A stretch of 64,000 nucleotides of DNA from Kiritimatiellia bacterium (GTDB lineage Bacteria; Verrucomicrobiota; Kiritimatiellia; WLWN01), in the NCBI GenBank assembly GCA_012103575.1, contig WLWN01000001.1, positions 1,676,538 through 1,740,537 on the forward strand, written 5' to 3'. The notes under the pieces are model-generated. The model saw nothing but the letters and a program-made list of their open reading frames with translations. It searched no databases and was not told the DNA's origin. The position numbers were made by a program, and so were the translations under genes. This document shows, one piece after another, positions 1 through 10,010 of this stretch (within the stretch, counting starts at the first letter, position 1; each line of letters opens with the position of its first letter).

Positions 1-104
1 TTTACTTCGGACCTTCACGCTTTGGCCGACTGGCTCGAACAGTGTCGGGTCAAAACCGTAGCCATGAAAGCGACCGGTGTTTACTGGATTGCTCTTTTCC
101 AGAT
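1..104 (+). pseudogene. IS110-family transposase, N-terminal fragment (runs off the window start; cut by the IS30 insertion at 105)
   Basis: Frame 1 reads FTSDLHALADWLEQCRVKTVAMKATGVYWIALFQ. This is colinear with TPQLIGLIAWLQEQGVKSVAMESTGIYWIPLYE of the IS110-family ORF at 39909-41288. The similarity ends exactly at the IS30 terminus. Confidence 0.6.
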
Positions 105-1152
105 CTGCAGACTCAACTTACAAGTGCAAAACCGAAGCTGTCCATCATTTCTTTGGGCGTTCTATATTCTAAGCATTTTCTCGGTCTATTATTCAGTAAC
201 TCCACAGCCCAGCTCAACTGAGCGGAGCTGTGGGCAGCAAAGTCGGTTTTCTTCGGGAAAAACTGGCGAAGCAAACCATTCGTATTTTCGTTGGTCCCTC
301 TTTGCCAAGGGTTTCTCCCTTCAGCAAAGAAAATGGGGGTTGCTATTTTTTTCTGTAGTTTAGCATGGCTGGCAAACTCCATGCCATTATCTACAGTCAC
401 CGTTTTACAGGGGAGCCCTGAATCAGCGAACTGAGGTACGGAACGGTTGACCGATTCGGCATTGCATCGAGGTAAAAGATCGGCGATGAGATATCGAGTC
501 GCTCGATCTACTAGAGTGACTACACAGGCCTCTTTTCTCGTTTGGCCCTGAATAGTGTCACCTTCCCAATGGCCTGCCACCTTGCGACTTTCACCCTCTT
601 CGGGGCGTTGGTCAATCATCGTTTGGTTGTGTATACGTGAATGGCTTTTCCGAGTCGCTCGTTTTTTCTTTCCGGGGCCACGCAGGTATTTTCGGTAGCC
701 AGCCCCTCTTGGACTGTACAAGTAGCGGTAGATCGTCATTCGACTGATGGGAGGGTCACCTTCTAGCTTTCTTCGACCTTCAATCTGTTCTGGAGACCAA
801 TACTTCGCCAGGAGAGTCTCCACTTGTTCTTTGCTAGCTCCCATCACTTTTTGAGGCTTTCGAGCTAGCTGTAATCGGCTTTGAGCCAGGCCATTTGCGG
901 GTCTTGGGTAATAGCGGCCACGGACTCGATTACGGCGAAATTCGCGCCAAATAGTCGAGGGGGATCGGCCCAGGCGACGGCCAATTTGAGATAAGCTATA
1001 TTTTTCTTTTAGCATCTGGGCTATCACTTCTCGTTCATAACGGTTTAAATGTTCGTAGGTTCGTGGCATTCTATGTTCTCCTTTGGGGGGGGGTCAGATA
1101 CCCAAAGAATGAACTATGCTGCGGACCTTTGCACTTGTATTGTTACTCTACC
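105..1152 (-). mobile_element. IS30-family insertion sequence, type A, copy 1 (1048 bp)
   Basis: The near-identical copy at 15137-16182 defines both ends: identity starts at CTGCAGACTCAAC and stops at TGTTACTCTACC. The imperfect terminal inverted repeats share ACAAGTGCAAA. Confidence 0.85.
113..1069 (-). CDS. IS30-family DDE transposase (318 aa, apparently intact)
   Basis: N-terminal HTH (YEREVIAQMLKEKYSLSQIGRRLGRSPSTIWREFRRN). HWEGDT and DNGMEF motifs are present, and the C-terminus has NENTNGLLRQFFPK...LNNRPRKCLEYRTPKE, typical of IS30. Confidence 0.9.
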   Translation of the reverse strand: MPRTYEHLNRYEREVIAQMLKEKYSLSQIGRRLGRSPSTIWREFRRNRVRGRYYPRPANGLAQSRLQLARKPQKVMGASKEQVETLLAKYWSPEQIEGRRKLEGDPPISRMTIYRYLYSPRGAGYRKYLRGPGKKKRATRKSHSRIHNQTMIDQRPEEGESRKVAGHWEGDTIQGQTRKEACVVTLVDRATRYLIADLLPRCNAESVNRSVPQFADSGLPCKTVTVDNGMEFASHAKLQKKIATPIFFAEGRNPWQRGTNENTNGLLRQFFPKKTDFAAHSSAQLSWAVELLNNRPRKCLEYRTPKEMMDSFGFALVS

Positions 1153-2447
1153 CCTTTTCTGCACCTAATGCAAGTGCAGGTGTCAGGATCGAAGGGCGTG
1201 ATTCAACCATTGGGGGGTCTAACGCCCTTGACAGAAATATCATATCAAGAAACCTCTATGGCATTCATCTTACGAATGTAAGTGCTACTGGTAATACGAT
1301 TATTGGAAATTATATCGGTACAGATTCTTCTGGGACGATCGTTATGGGGAATACGAGCAAAGGGATATTTCTCGAAAATGGGGCCCATGGGAATACAGTG
1401 GGTGCTGATACTTTGGCTGCGGGAAATGTGATTGGAGGAAGTTTTGTAGGCGTCGAAATTTTGGCAGGCAGTGGTAATAATAAAGTGTTGGGTAATCAGA
1501 TCGGCTCAACTTTAGGGGGTCGAACTATTCCTAACATAACAGGCGTTTTTATAAGTGGATCGTCAAGTAATGTTGTAGGAGGATTAACCCGCGAGGAAGG
1601 TAATTTGATCGTTCAGAATACTTTTCTTGGAGTAAATATTACAACGGGAGATGACAATGGAATAGTAGGGAATGTGATCTATGACAATCCATCGGGTTCT
1701 ATCTCTTTATCATCTGGAGGCAATGAATCACAGGTTGCCCCAGTCATCACGAATGCTATAAACGATGGAACGAATACAATTGTGACTGGGACATTTGATG
1801 CAAGCTTACAGACGACCTATCGCTTGGAGTTTTTTGCCAACAGTTCTTGTTCCGGCGGCGGAGAGGCGGAGAGATTTCTTGGAGCTGAAATTCATTCTGG
1901 TGGCTTTTTCTCAAGGGTAACAAATTTCAGCGCAGTATTACCGCTTGTTCCTGCCGGTGACTGGGTCTCAGCAATAGCCACTAAAACAAGTTCAGGATTT
2001 TTCATTCAAGTAAGCCATAATGACACTTCGGAAATCTCTCTCTGTGTTCCTATAGCATTATTAGACGATGCCGATATGGACGGGGTTCCTGATCAGTGGG
2101 AGGTCGCTCATGGTTCCGATACGAACATCAATGATTCAGGGGATGATCTGGATGGGGATTCGTTCACTACATATGAAGAATATGTATGGGATACCGTTGC
2201 AAATAATTCGAATAGTTTCCCACAGATCACTTCGGTTTCCAATACTTCCGACGATGTTATGGTCTCTTTTCCTTCTTCTTCAAACCGTTTCTTCAAACTA
2301 CAAGCCAACGAGAATTTAACGGATACAAACGGCTGGCAATCCTTAAGCATTAACGCCGTGCAGGAGATTGGCGGTACGCAGACGATTGATGATCCAGATG
2401 CTGATTCCTTTGGTCAACGGTCTTACCGGATAACAGGAGGGTTTTAG
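1116..2447 (+). CDS. Right-handed beta-helix repeat protein with C-terminal Asp-rich (thrombospondin-type-3-like) repeats; 5'-truncated, first 12 codons supplied by the IS30 end
   Basis: Repeated GN.IG...G beta-helix units, followed by DADMDGVPDQWE and DDLDGDSFTTYEEY. It is a paralog of 2658-4941 but lacks about 350 N-terminal aa. Bases 1116-1152 are inside the IS30 copy; the same sequence occurs at 16146-16182. Confidence 0.7.
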   Translation: MLRTFALVLLLYPFSAPNASAGVRIEGRDSTIGGSNALDRNIISRNLYGIHLTNVSATGNTIIGNYIGTDSSGTIVMGNTSKGIFLENGAHGNTVGADTLAAGNVIGGSFVGVEILAGSGNNKVLGNQIGSTLGGRTIPNITGVFISGSSSNVVGGLTREEGNLIVQNTFLGVNITTGDDNGIVGNVIYDNPSGSISLSSGGNESQVAPVITNAINDGTNTIVTGTFDASLQTTYRLEFFANSSCSGGGEAERFLGAEIHSGGFFSRVTNFSAVLPLVPAGDWVSAIATKTSSGFFIQVSHNDTSEISLCVPIALLDDADMDGVPDQWEVAHGSDTNINDSGDDLDGDSFTTYEEYVWDTVANNSNSFPQITSVSNTSDDVMVSFPSSSNRFFKLQANENLTDTNGWQSLSINAVQEIGGTQTIDDPDADSFGQRSYRITGGF

Positions 2448-2453
2448 GAGACG

Positions 2454-2649
2454 AAGAGTCAAAGGTCTGAAGGTCGAAGGTTGGGAAAAGAGTGTGTTAG
2501 AAACCGGTTTTTTGGTTAGGATATGGAATGCGGTAGCTGGCTACCGCTTTTCTTCCACGCAGAAAGTTGCGTGGTCGTGTCTTCGACTTTTCCGCCGCGA
2601 CGGATCAGCCTATGGCTAAAGACTTTTGACTTTTAGACCTTAGACTCTT
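2454..2649 (+). repeat. Long imperfect inverted repeat (about 27-bp arms built of GTCNAAG-type heptamers) enclosing the terminator of the beta-helix gene
   Basis: The left arm AAGAGTCAAAGGTCTGAAGGTCGAAGG pairs with the right arm CTTTTGACTTTTAGACCTTAGACTCTT. Four of the non-Watson-Crick positions are G:U only when read as + strand RNA. A degenerate copy lies at 4946-5069. Confidence 0.6.
2530..2554 (+). terminator. Rho-independent terminator candidate
   Basis: GCGGTAGC-TG-GCTACCGC, a perfect 8-bp stem, followed by TTTTCTT, about 80 nt after the stop codon at 2447. Confidence 0.6.
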
Positions 2650-2657
2650 TTAAAAAA

Positions 2658-4941
2658 ATGAAACGAATACGAATAATCTTTAGTTTTGTTTGGATGATGG
2701 GAATGAGTACTTGGGTTGCGCAAGGGATAACCGGAACCGTTGCGAATACGAGTGACAGTGGTGTGGGGTCATTCCGAGATGCCATTCAGCAGATCAATGC
2801 GAGTAGTGATGCCTCTAATGTGACCAACTTCGACATTCCAGGGGCTACACCCCATGTCATTTTTCAAACCAGTATTGATGGATGGCCAGCGATTACAAAT
2901 CAAGTGCTTATTGATGGATATAGTGAACCGGATTATGCCAGATCTCCGGTGGTTGTGCTGCAATACCTTCCTGGTGCTGGCGAAGAAGGGTTGAAGATAC
3001 AAGGAAACGGCAGTATTGTGCAAGGGTTACAGATTGCTGACTTTGAAGATTCTTTTGTTTGTTGCGGGATTTCCCTTAATGCTGATAACTGTGTCGTAGA
3101 GGGATGTCATATTTTCAGCAACGGAACAGGTATCTCTGTTCTTGGCAATGTCAATGTTATAGGTGGCACGAACGGAAATATCGTTTCTGGAAATCCAAAT
3201 ACGGGTATAGAGCTAATTTCTAGTTCAAATGATGTTTTGGGGAACTATATTGGAACAGATATAACAGGGACTACTAGTGGGGGCAGCCAAGCCGCAGGTA
3301 TAGGATTATCTAGTCTATCATCGCATAACACCATTGGAGGAACGTCTGAGTGGATGCGCAATATTATTTCGGGGAATAGTATAGGTATTAGAGCATAGCA
3401 GGTTCTAACCATCTTGTCTGCGGTAATTACATCGGAACCGATAAAGATGGATTAACGGCGGTCCCGAACACCCAGGGAATAGGTATCTTTTCTCCTAGTC
3501 ATGTCATCGGACCAGAAGATGTGATCGGCGGAAATGTAGAAGAGGGAATTTTAATAAGTAACACGGGGCCTAATAATAAAATTATTGGCAATCAAATTGG
3601 AATTCACACAGTGACGGGGACTACCTTTTCGATTTCTAATCTAGGTAACGGAATCCAAATGGAAAGTAGTGGGAATGTTGTGGGCGGGTCTAACACCGTA
3701 GACCGAAATTTTATCGGTGGGAACATAGGCTTTGGAGTCTATATGCTGGAAAGCAACGCCTTCAATAATGCCGTGATCGGCAATTATATTGGAACGGGTA
3801 TATCTGAAGCGAAAGGCTTTGGACATAGCTTCGGAATACGGATTGTGTCCTCTGCAAATAATAATCAGATAGGGGGACCCAATGTTGCTGAAGGGAATCT
3901 AATCGTAGGCAGTACATCTGTAGGGGTGGCCATTACGAGCTCCAGTTCGAACAGGGTTACGGGAAATCGCATTGGGCGGTCATTGGCAGGAAACACGATT
4001 CCAAATCAAGTAGGTGTATTTATCGAAGGTTCGAGTAGCAACAATACGGTCGGCGGGACTAATTAGTGGAGAAGGGAATCTGATAGCCGGAAATGATACA
4101 GAGGGGGTCTTCATCCAAGGAAGTTCTTCTATTGACAATGGAGTGTTGGGAAATTTGATATATGACAATGATGGTGCTGGAATGGGCTCTGACTCAATCA
4201 GCTTGGCAAGCGGTGCGAATGAGTCACAAACGAATCCTGTTATTACGAGCGTCATTAATAACGGGTTTAATACGCTTGCAAGTGAGACATTGGATGCGAG
4301 CTCGCTGACGACCTATCGCTTGGAATTCTTTGCCAACAGTTCTCCTTGTTTGATTGGTACGGGAGAGGGCGAGAGGTTTCTTGGGACCGAAAATTTAGAT
4401 AGTTTTTTTGGTAACAGTTTTTCTGTAACTTTACCACATGTTCCTGAAGGCGGTTTTGTTTCCGCAACAGCAACCAAAATAAGTTCAGGCATTTTCTTTC
4501 CGGAGAGTCATAATGACACTTCAGAAATGTCACCTTGTGTGCCCGTAGTCTTATTTAGTGATGGCGATAACGACGGCATTCCAGATCAGTGGTAGAATGC
4601 TAGTGGCGCTAATTCAAGTCTCGATGATTCAGGGATTGATACAGATGGCGATTCATTTACTACCTATGAAGAATATGTATGGGATACAGATGCAGGTGAT
4701 GTGAATAGTTTTCCACAGATTACATCGGTTTCTAACGGACCTGGAAACGTCATGGTTTCTTTCCCTTCCTCTTCAACCCGTTTCTTCCAATTAGAAGCCA
4801 ATACAAGTCTAACCAATGCAAACGGGGTGGCATCCATTGACCATTCAAGCTGTGCAGGGAATTGACGGTACGCAGACGCTTTCTGACCCCGATACGGGTT
4901 CATTCGATCAACGGTTTCATCGGGTTCAGGGAGGGTTCTAG
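2658..4941 (+). pseudogene. Secreted beta-helix repeat protein (full-length paralog of 1116-2447), multiply disrupted
   Basis: Signal peptide MKRIRIIFSFVWMMGMSTWVAQG. The homologous reading frame is broken by frameshifts near 3395, 4052 and 4810. There is an in-frame TAG at 4593-4595 (PDQW*NASG versus PDQWEVAHG in the paralog). Homology ends with ...FHRVQGGF* at 4941. Confidence 0.8.
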
Positions 4942-4945
4942 AAGA

Positions 4946-5069
4946 CCAAGACTCAAAGGTCTGAAGGTCGAAAGTCGAAGGAGAGGAAGGAGATGTTAAG
5001 AATGTGTCGGCACCATCTTTTCTTCGATTTTTGACTCTTGACTTTTGGCTTTTGACCTTAGACTCTTGG
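4946..5069 (+). repeat. Degenerate second copy of the heptamer-built inverted repeat
   Basis: CCAAGACTCAAAGGTCTGAAGGTCGAAAGTCGAAGG ... CTTTTGGCTTTTGACCTTAGACTCTTGG. It is shorter than 2454-2649 (central part missing) and is part of the tandem duplication unit. Confidence 0.5.
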
Positions 5070-5071
5070 TC

Positions 5072-6151
5072 ATGCCTCAACAAATAACAGTCGATTTAGG
5101 TGAACGTTCTTATCGCATTCATATTGCTTCCGGACTGTTGAACCAACTGGGTAACTTGTGCATTGAGCAGTCATTCGGTCAACGGTGTATGATTGTATCT
5201 GACTCCAATGTAGATACGCATTATGGTGATTCGTGTGAATATTATTTAAAGAAGGCTGGTTTCTTGCCATGTCGAGTCGTTGTTCCCGCGGGTGAAAAGT
5301 CTAAAAGTTTACAGGAATTATCGACTATTTATGATATCGCGATAGACCATCAACTAGACCGTTCCTCCTTCATTGTTGCATTAGGAGGCGGTGTGGTTGG
5401 TGATTTAGCGGGTTATGCAGCAGCGAGTTTTCTTCGAGGTATACCCTGTGTTCAAATGCCTACCAGTTTATTAGCGATGGTGGATAGTGCGGTAGGAGGT
5501 AAAACCGGGGTGAACCTTCCGCAAGGGAAGAATCTGATTGGTGCGTTTCATCAACCGACATTTGTTTTGGCGGATCTTAATACCCTCAAAACGTTGCCCA
5601 AAAGGGAATATATGTCGGGAATGGCTGAAATCATTAAATATGGTGTGATTCGAGATCTGAGTTTGTTTCAGACTTTAGAAAATCAGACCGCCGAGCTACT
5701 TCAAGTTGTCCCTGAAGTTTTGGAACCGATTATTGCCCGGTCCTGTCAAATCAAAGCTGAAGTTGTTCAGCTCGATGAACGTGAAGGGGGGCTCCGATCG
5801 ATCTTGAATTTTGGGCATACGGTTGGACATGCCATTGAACAAGCTTCAGGCTATAAACGATATCTTCATGGAGAAGCCATTGCTTTGGGTATGGTTTTTG
5901 CGGCAAAGCTGTCTGTCCACCAAAAAGAATTTCCGTCAATCGCATGCGATCACCTTGTTGCATTGCTCGAATCGTTCAATTTACCTATCAAAGTGTCTGA
6001 TTTGGCGTGGGCTGACTTACGGAAAGCGATTGGCGCGGACAAAAAAACAGTCAATGCGACCCCTTACTTTGTTCTGGCCGAAGAGATGGGTAAGGTCGCT
6101 TATGGCTGCGAGGTGGCTGAAGACGTTCTTGAGCAAGCTTGGTCATCATAA
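5072..6151 (+). CDS. aroB: 3-dehydroquinate synthase
   Basis: The translation has GGGVVGDLAGYAAASFLRGIPCVQMPTSLLAMVDSAVGGKTGVN and HGEAIALGM motifs. I prefer the start at MPQQITVDLG (5072) over the ORF-track start at 5045, which lies inside the upstream repeat. Confidence 0.9.
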   Translation: MPQQITVDLGERSYRIHIASGLLNQLGNLCIEQSFGQRCMIVSDSNVDTHYGDSCEYYLKKAGFLPCRVVVPAGEKSKSLQELSTIYDIAIDHQLDRSSFIVALGGGVVGDLAGYAAASFLRGIPCVQMPTSLLAMVDSAVGGKTGVNLPQGKNLIGAFHQPTFVLADLNTLKTLPKREYMSGMAEIIKYGVIRDLSLFQTLENQTAELLQVVPEVLEPIIARSCQIKAEVVQLDEREGGLRSILNFGHTVGHAIEQASGYKRYLHGEAIALGMVFAAKLSVHQKEFPSIACDHLVALLESFNLPIKVSDLAWADLRKAIGADKKTVNATPYFVLAEEMGKVAYGCEVAEDVLEQAWSS

Positions 6152-6173
6152 AGAACAAAGAATTTGAAAAAAA

Positions 6174-7308
6174 ATGACTAAACAGGAAGCATATATTGCG
6201 TTAAACATGATCGAAGGACTCGACCCTGTACGTGTGAGATCTTTGATCGAGACGTTGGGCGCTGCTGAAGCAATCTTTGATGCAACACCCGATGAATTGA
6301 TGAAAGCGCATGGCGTAGGTATTGAGCTTTCTCGTACGATTACAGAAAGACGAGCTGAAATTGATCCACTTGATGAGATTAAAAAAGCGAAAAAGTGGGG
6401 TGCCCGGATCATAACATTATTTGATGATGAATATCCTGAGCTCTTAAAAACAATATATGATCCACCCCTTGCTCTTTATGTTAAGGGAACCCTTGAAAAG
6501 GAAGATCGCCGTTCTATCGCGATTGTGGGCTCGCGAAGAAGTACGCATTATGGGCAACAAGGTCGCTGATCGCATTGCCTATCAGCTTGCTCAGACGGGG
6601 TTTACAGTGGTGAGCGGATTAGCTCGAGGTATTGATACGGCAGGACATCGAGGCACTTTAAAAGGGAAAGGACGGACATTCGCTGTGTTGGGTAGCGCAT
6701 TGGACTGTTTGTATCCGGCTGAAAATGCTGAGTTAGCAGATCAAATTGCTAAGCACGGTGCTGTCATCTCTGAATATCCGTTGGGAAGAGAGCCCGATCG
6801 AACGACTTTCCCATATCGGAACCGTATCGTAAGTGGATTGTCGATGGGTGTCCTTGTCGTAGAAGCGCCATTTAAAAGTGGAGCGTTGATCACAGCCGAC
6901 ATGGCTTTAGAGCAAGGACGAAGTGTTTTCGCTGTCCCCGGACGCATTGACACGCCTTCATCACGCGGAACTCATCGATTAATTAAAAATGGAGCTCGAC
7001 TTGTTGATGATATAGAAGACATTATCCACGAGTTTGAGTTTTTGATCACCGAAGAGGCCCAAGCGTCCTGTTCAGAGTCTCTCTCTATTAAGTTTACAGA
7101 AGATGAGGAGGCGATTATTGAGGTCCTCTGTGAGGGTGAATGTGATGTGGATACATTAGCGCAACGCACTCAGCTGAATGTATCTAAAATCAGTTCATTG
7201 TTAATTGGGCTTGAAATGAAACGAATTATCCGGATGCTACCGGGTCGGATAGTAGCTTTAGCGATGGATATAAAGTTAGAAAGATTATCAGATGGAGCGA
7301 GTCATTAG
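6174..7308 (+). pseudogene. dprA: DNA-processing protein DprA, interrupted by a 1-nt frameshift near 6556
   Basis: ORF 6174-6569 ends ...IAIVGSRRSTHYGQQGR*. Homology continues in another frame as VADRIAYQLAQTGFTVVSGLARGIDTAGH...VVEAPFKSGALITA. Canonical dprA-topA synteny is present. A sequencing error cannot be excluded. Confidence 0.7.
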
Positions 7309-7430
7309 TTATCCCGATGCGCTAACGCGGTCGGGATGTCATTAGGTCATTGGCCTCGCTTTGCGAGGCGCCATTTACCGTACAAAAGATCAATGACAAA
7401 AAATGACATACTCCGAAGGAGAATATAGGT

Positions 7431-10004
7431 ATGGGAAAAAATCTTGTTATTGTAGAATCGCCGGCCAAGGCAAAGACTATTAATAAAATCTTGGGAAAGG
7501 ATTTTATTGTAAAAGCGTCTATGGGCCATGTTCGTGATTTGCCTCAAAAGAAGCTCGGGGTAGATATTGAGAACGATTTTACACCGGAATATGTCACCCT
7601 TAAAGGCCGTCAGAAAATCGTTCAAGAACTGACCCAAGCCGCGAAAGGTGTGGATGGAGTCTATCTCGCTCCTGATCCTGACCGAGAAGGAGAAGCGATT
7701 GCTTGGCATCTTGTAGAGGCTTTAAAGAAAAAACTTTCACCCGATCAATTCTTTCGGGTTACGTATAATGAAATTACCGCACCGGCCATTCGACATGCTT
7801 TTTCAAATCCTTCTGAAATTGACAATAAAAAAGTCGATGCACAACAAGCTAGACGAGTCTTGGACCGAATCGTAGGCTATAAGGTCAGCCCGCTTTTATG
7901 GCGACGTATCAAGGGAGGGTCAAGCGCCGGGCGGGTTCAATCTGTGGCTTTACGGTTGGTGTGCGAGCGAGAGCAAGAGATCGAGAGCTTTGTGCCTAAA
8001 GAATACTGGTTACTAGGCGCGAACACCTGCAAACAAGTAGACCATCGGGATCCTTTTGAAATTCGGTTAGTAAAGATTGATGGGGAAAACCCTGAGATCG
8101 GTAGCGCTGAACAGGCTGAACACATAGAAAAAGACCTCGAAGGACGCACCCTTAAAGTCTCCGAGATTAAGTTACGTGAAATTTCCAAAAAAGCACGAGC
8201 CCCTTATATTACCAGTACCTTGCAACAGGCGGCTTCAACCCTGTTAGGATATAATCCTTCTCGGACCATGAGCATTGCTCAACGGCTCTATGAAGGATTG
8301 GATGGGGTGGGTTTAATAACGTATATGCGAACGGACTCGGTTTCGATTGCAAAAGAAGCGCAAGGGGCCTGTTTAAAGTTTGTGGAAGAAACATTTGGCA
8401 ACGAGTATGTTCCCGGGAAACCCAATTTTTTCAAAAGTAAGTCCAGCGCCCAAGAAGCTCACGAAGCGATTCGACCTACGGATGTAGGGCGCACGCCTGA
8501 AGCATTAAAGTCGGTGTTACAACCTGAGGAACTTAAGTTATACAAAATTATTTGGGAACGTTTTGTGGCAAGTCAAATGGCACCGGCCCGCATTGCTCAA
8601 CGATCCGTAGATATTGATGCCATTTCCACAGAAGAAAAGAAGGACAAAACCTCTTACCTGTTCAGGGTTTCAACATCAGATATTTTGTTTCCCGGGTATA
8701 TGAAAGTTGCAGGGGTTGAAAAAAGTAAAAGTAAAAAATCCGAAGATGGAAACATCGATGAAGAGGGGCATCAAACCGACAAAATCCCTCCTCTTACGGA
8801 AGGAGAGACGCTCGATTGCCTTGAATGGCTAAAAGAGCAAAAATTCACTCAACCGCCGCCACGATATACGGAGGCCTCATTGGTTCGGACCCTCGAAGAA
8901 AACAGGGTAGGACGACCCAGTACGTATGCCCAGACCATCGCGACATTGAACCAAAGAGAATATGTCGAGCGAGAAAAAAGAGCGTTAAAACCCACTGAAT
9001 CGGGCAAACAGGTTAACGAGTTTTTAGTAAAAAATCTTGATGCATTATTTAATGTTGGTTTTACCGCAGGGATGGAAGAAGCCCTGGACGGGATTGAAAA
9101 GGGGACGATCAATTGGACTCAGATGTTGAAAGACTTTTATGCTGATTTTTCGGGATGGGTAGATAAAGCGAAAGGCCTTCCAGCGGATCCTGAGACCGTC
9201 CAAAAAATCTTGACGATATCGGAAGAGATTAAAGAATGGTCGCCTCCTACAAAACGAGGGAAACGGACCTATAGCGATGAAACGTTTGCTCAGTCGATCG
9301 AAAAACGATTGAAAGAAGAAAAAGAAATTTCTATGCGTCAGCTGGATGCGTTGAAGAAAATGATATGTCAGTACAAAGGCCAATTGCCCGAACTAGAACA
9401 ACGGGCTGAAGAATTAGGTATCACCGAAGAGTTAAGAGAAGCCAGTATTCCAAAAGACCCCCCCCGCGACGAAACCGTAAGAAAGTTAGATCTACTCAAG
9501 GATATCCATTTTGCGGAACCGAAAAAAGTCGGCAAAAGGACCTATGACGACAAAGCTTTTTCTGAGTCTTTAAGACAACAAGTAGAATCAGGGAAACGTT
9601 TATCGGTGAATCAGATTCGATACCTCGATCAATTATTTATGAAATATGCGGGTCAGATTGAAAACTTTGAGACGGTATCCAAAGAGCTTTGCTTGAATAC
9701 TGAGCCAGCGGAAGAAGATAAAAAAAATGGACCCGTTCTTGATCTTTTTAATTATGTGGAAAAATGGTTTCCTCCTCTTCAGCGAGGGAAACGAACATGG
9801 GATGATAAAGAATTCTTCGAATCACTTAAGCAACAGTTTAAGGCTAAAAAAACATTAAGCCCTCGACAGTTATCGGCCTTGAGAAAAATGGCAAAACGGT
9901 ATGCGGATCAAATCCCTAATTTTGATGAAATTCGGGAACAGTACGGATTGCCTGAACGAGGCAAGCCAAAAGAGAAAAAACCTGAAGAGACGAAAGCTGA
10001 ATAA
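7431..10004 (+). CDS. topA: DNA topoisomerase I with an atypical Cys-free C-terminal triple repeat
   Basis: Toprim start MGKNLVIVESPAKAKTI, DPDREGEAIAWH, and active-site region GLITYMRTDS. The C-terminal roughly 255 aa form three 85-91 aa repeats instead of Zn ribbons. Confidence 0.95.
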   Translation: MGKNLVIVESPAKAKTINKILGKDFIVKASMGHVRDLPQKKLGVDIENDFTPEYVTLKGRQKIVQELTQAAKGVDGVYLAPDPDREGEAIAWHLVEALKKKLSPDQFFRVTYNEITAPAIRHAFSNPSEIDNKKVDAQQARRVLDRIVGYKVSPLLWRRIKGGSSAGRVQSVALRLVCEREQEIESFVPKEYWLLGANTCKQVDHRDPFEIRLVKIDGENPEIGSAEQAEHIEKDLEGRTLKVSEIKLREISKKARAPYITSTLQQAASTLLGYNPSRTMSIAQRLYEGLDGVGLITYMRTDSVSIAKEAQGACLKFVEETFGNEYVPGKPNFFKSKSSAQEAHEAIRPTDVGRTPEALKSVLQPEELKLYKIIWERFVASQMAPARIAQRSVDIDAISTEEKKDKTSYLFRVSTSDILFPGYMKVAGVEKSKSKKSEDGNIDEEGHQTDKIPPLTEGETLDCLEWLKEQKFTQPPPRYTEASLVRTLEENRVGRPSTYAQTIATLNQREYVEREKRALKPTESGKQVNEFLVKNLDALFNVGFTAGMEEALDGIEKGTINWTQMLKDFYADFSGWVDKAKGLPADPETVQKILTISEEIKEWSPPTKRGKRTYSDETFAQSIEKRLKEEKEISMRQLDALKKMICQYKGQLPELEQRAEELGITEELREASIPKDPPRDETVRKLDLLKDIHFAEPKKVGKRTYDDKAFSESLRQQVESGKRLSVNQIRYLDQLFMKYAGQIENFETVSKELCLNTEPAEEDKKNGPVLDLFNYVEKWFPPLQRGKRTWDDKEFFESLKQQFKAKKTLSPRQLSALRKMAKRYADQIPNFDEIREQYGLPERGKPKEKKPEETKAE

Positions 10005-10010
10005 GTTACA

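Noticed and set aside
22-363. ORF-track entries 22-363, 15080-15394 and 15108-15389 as genes.
   Set aside because: They run antisense through the IS30 type A transposase C-terminus and across the IS boundary. They are duplicated only because the IS is duplicated. They have no start context or domain.
5045-5071. The ORF-track start of aroB at 5045 (MAFDLRLLV...).
   Set aside because: The extension lies within the right arm of the upstream inverted repeat and has no counterpart in AroB proteins. MPQQITVDLG at 5072 aligns with the family N-terminus.
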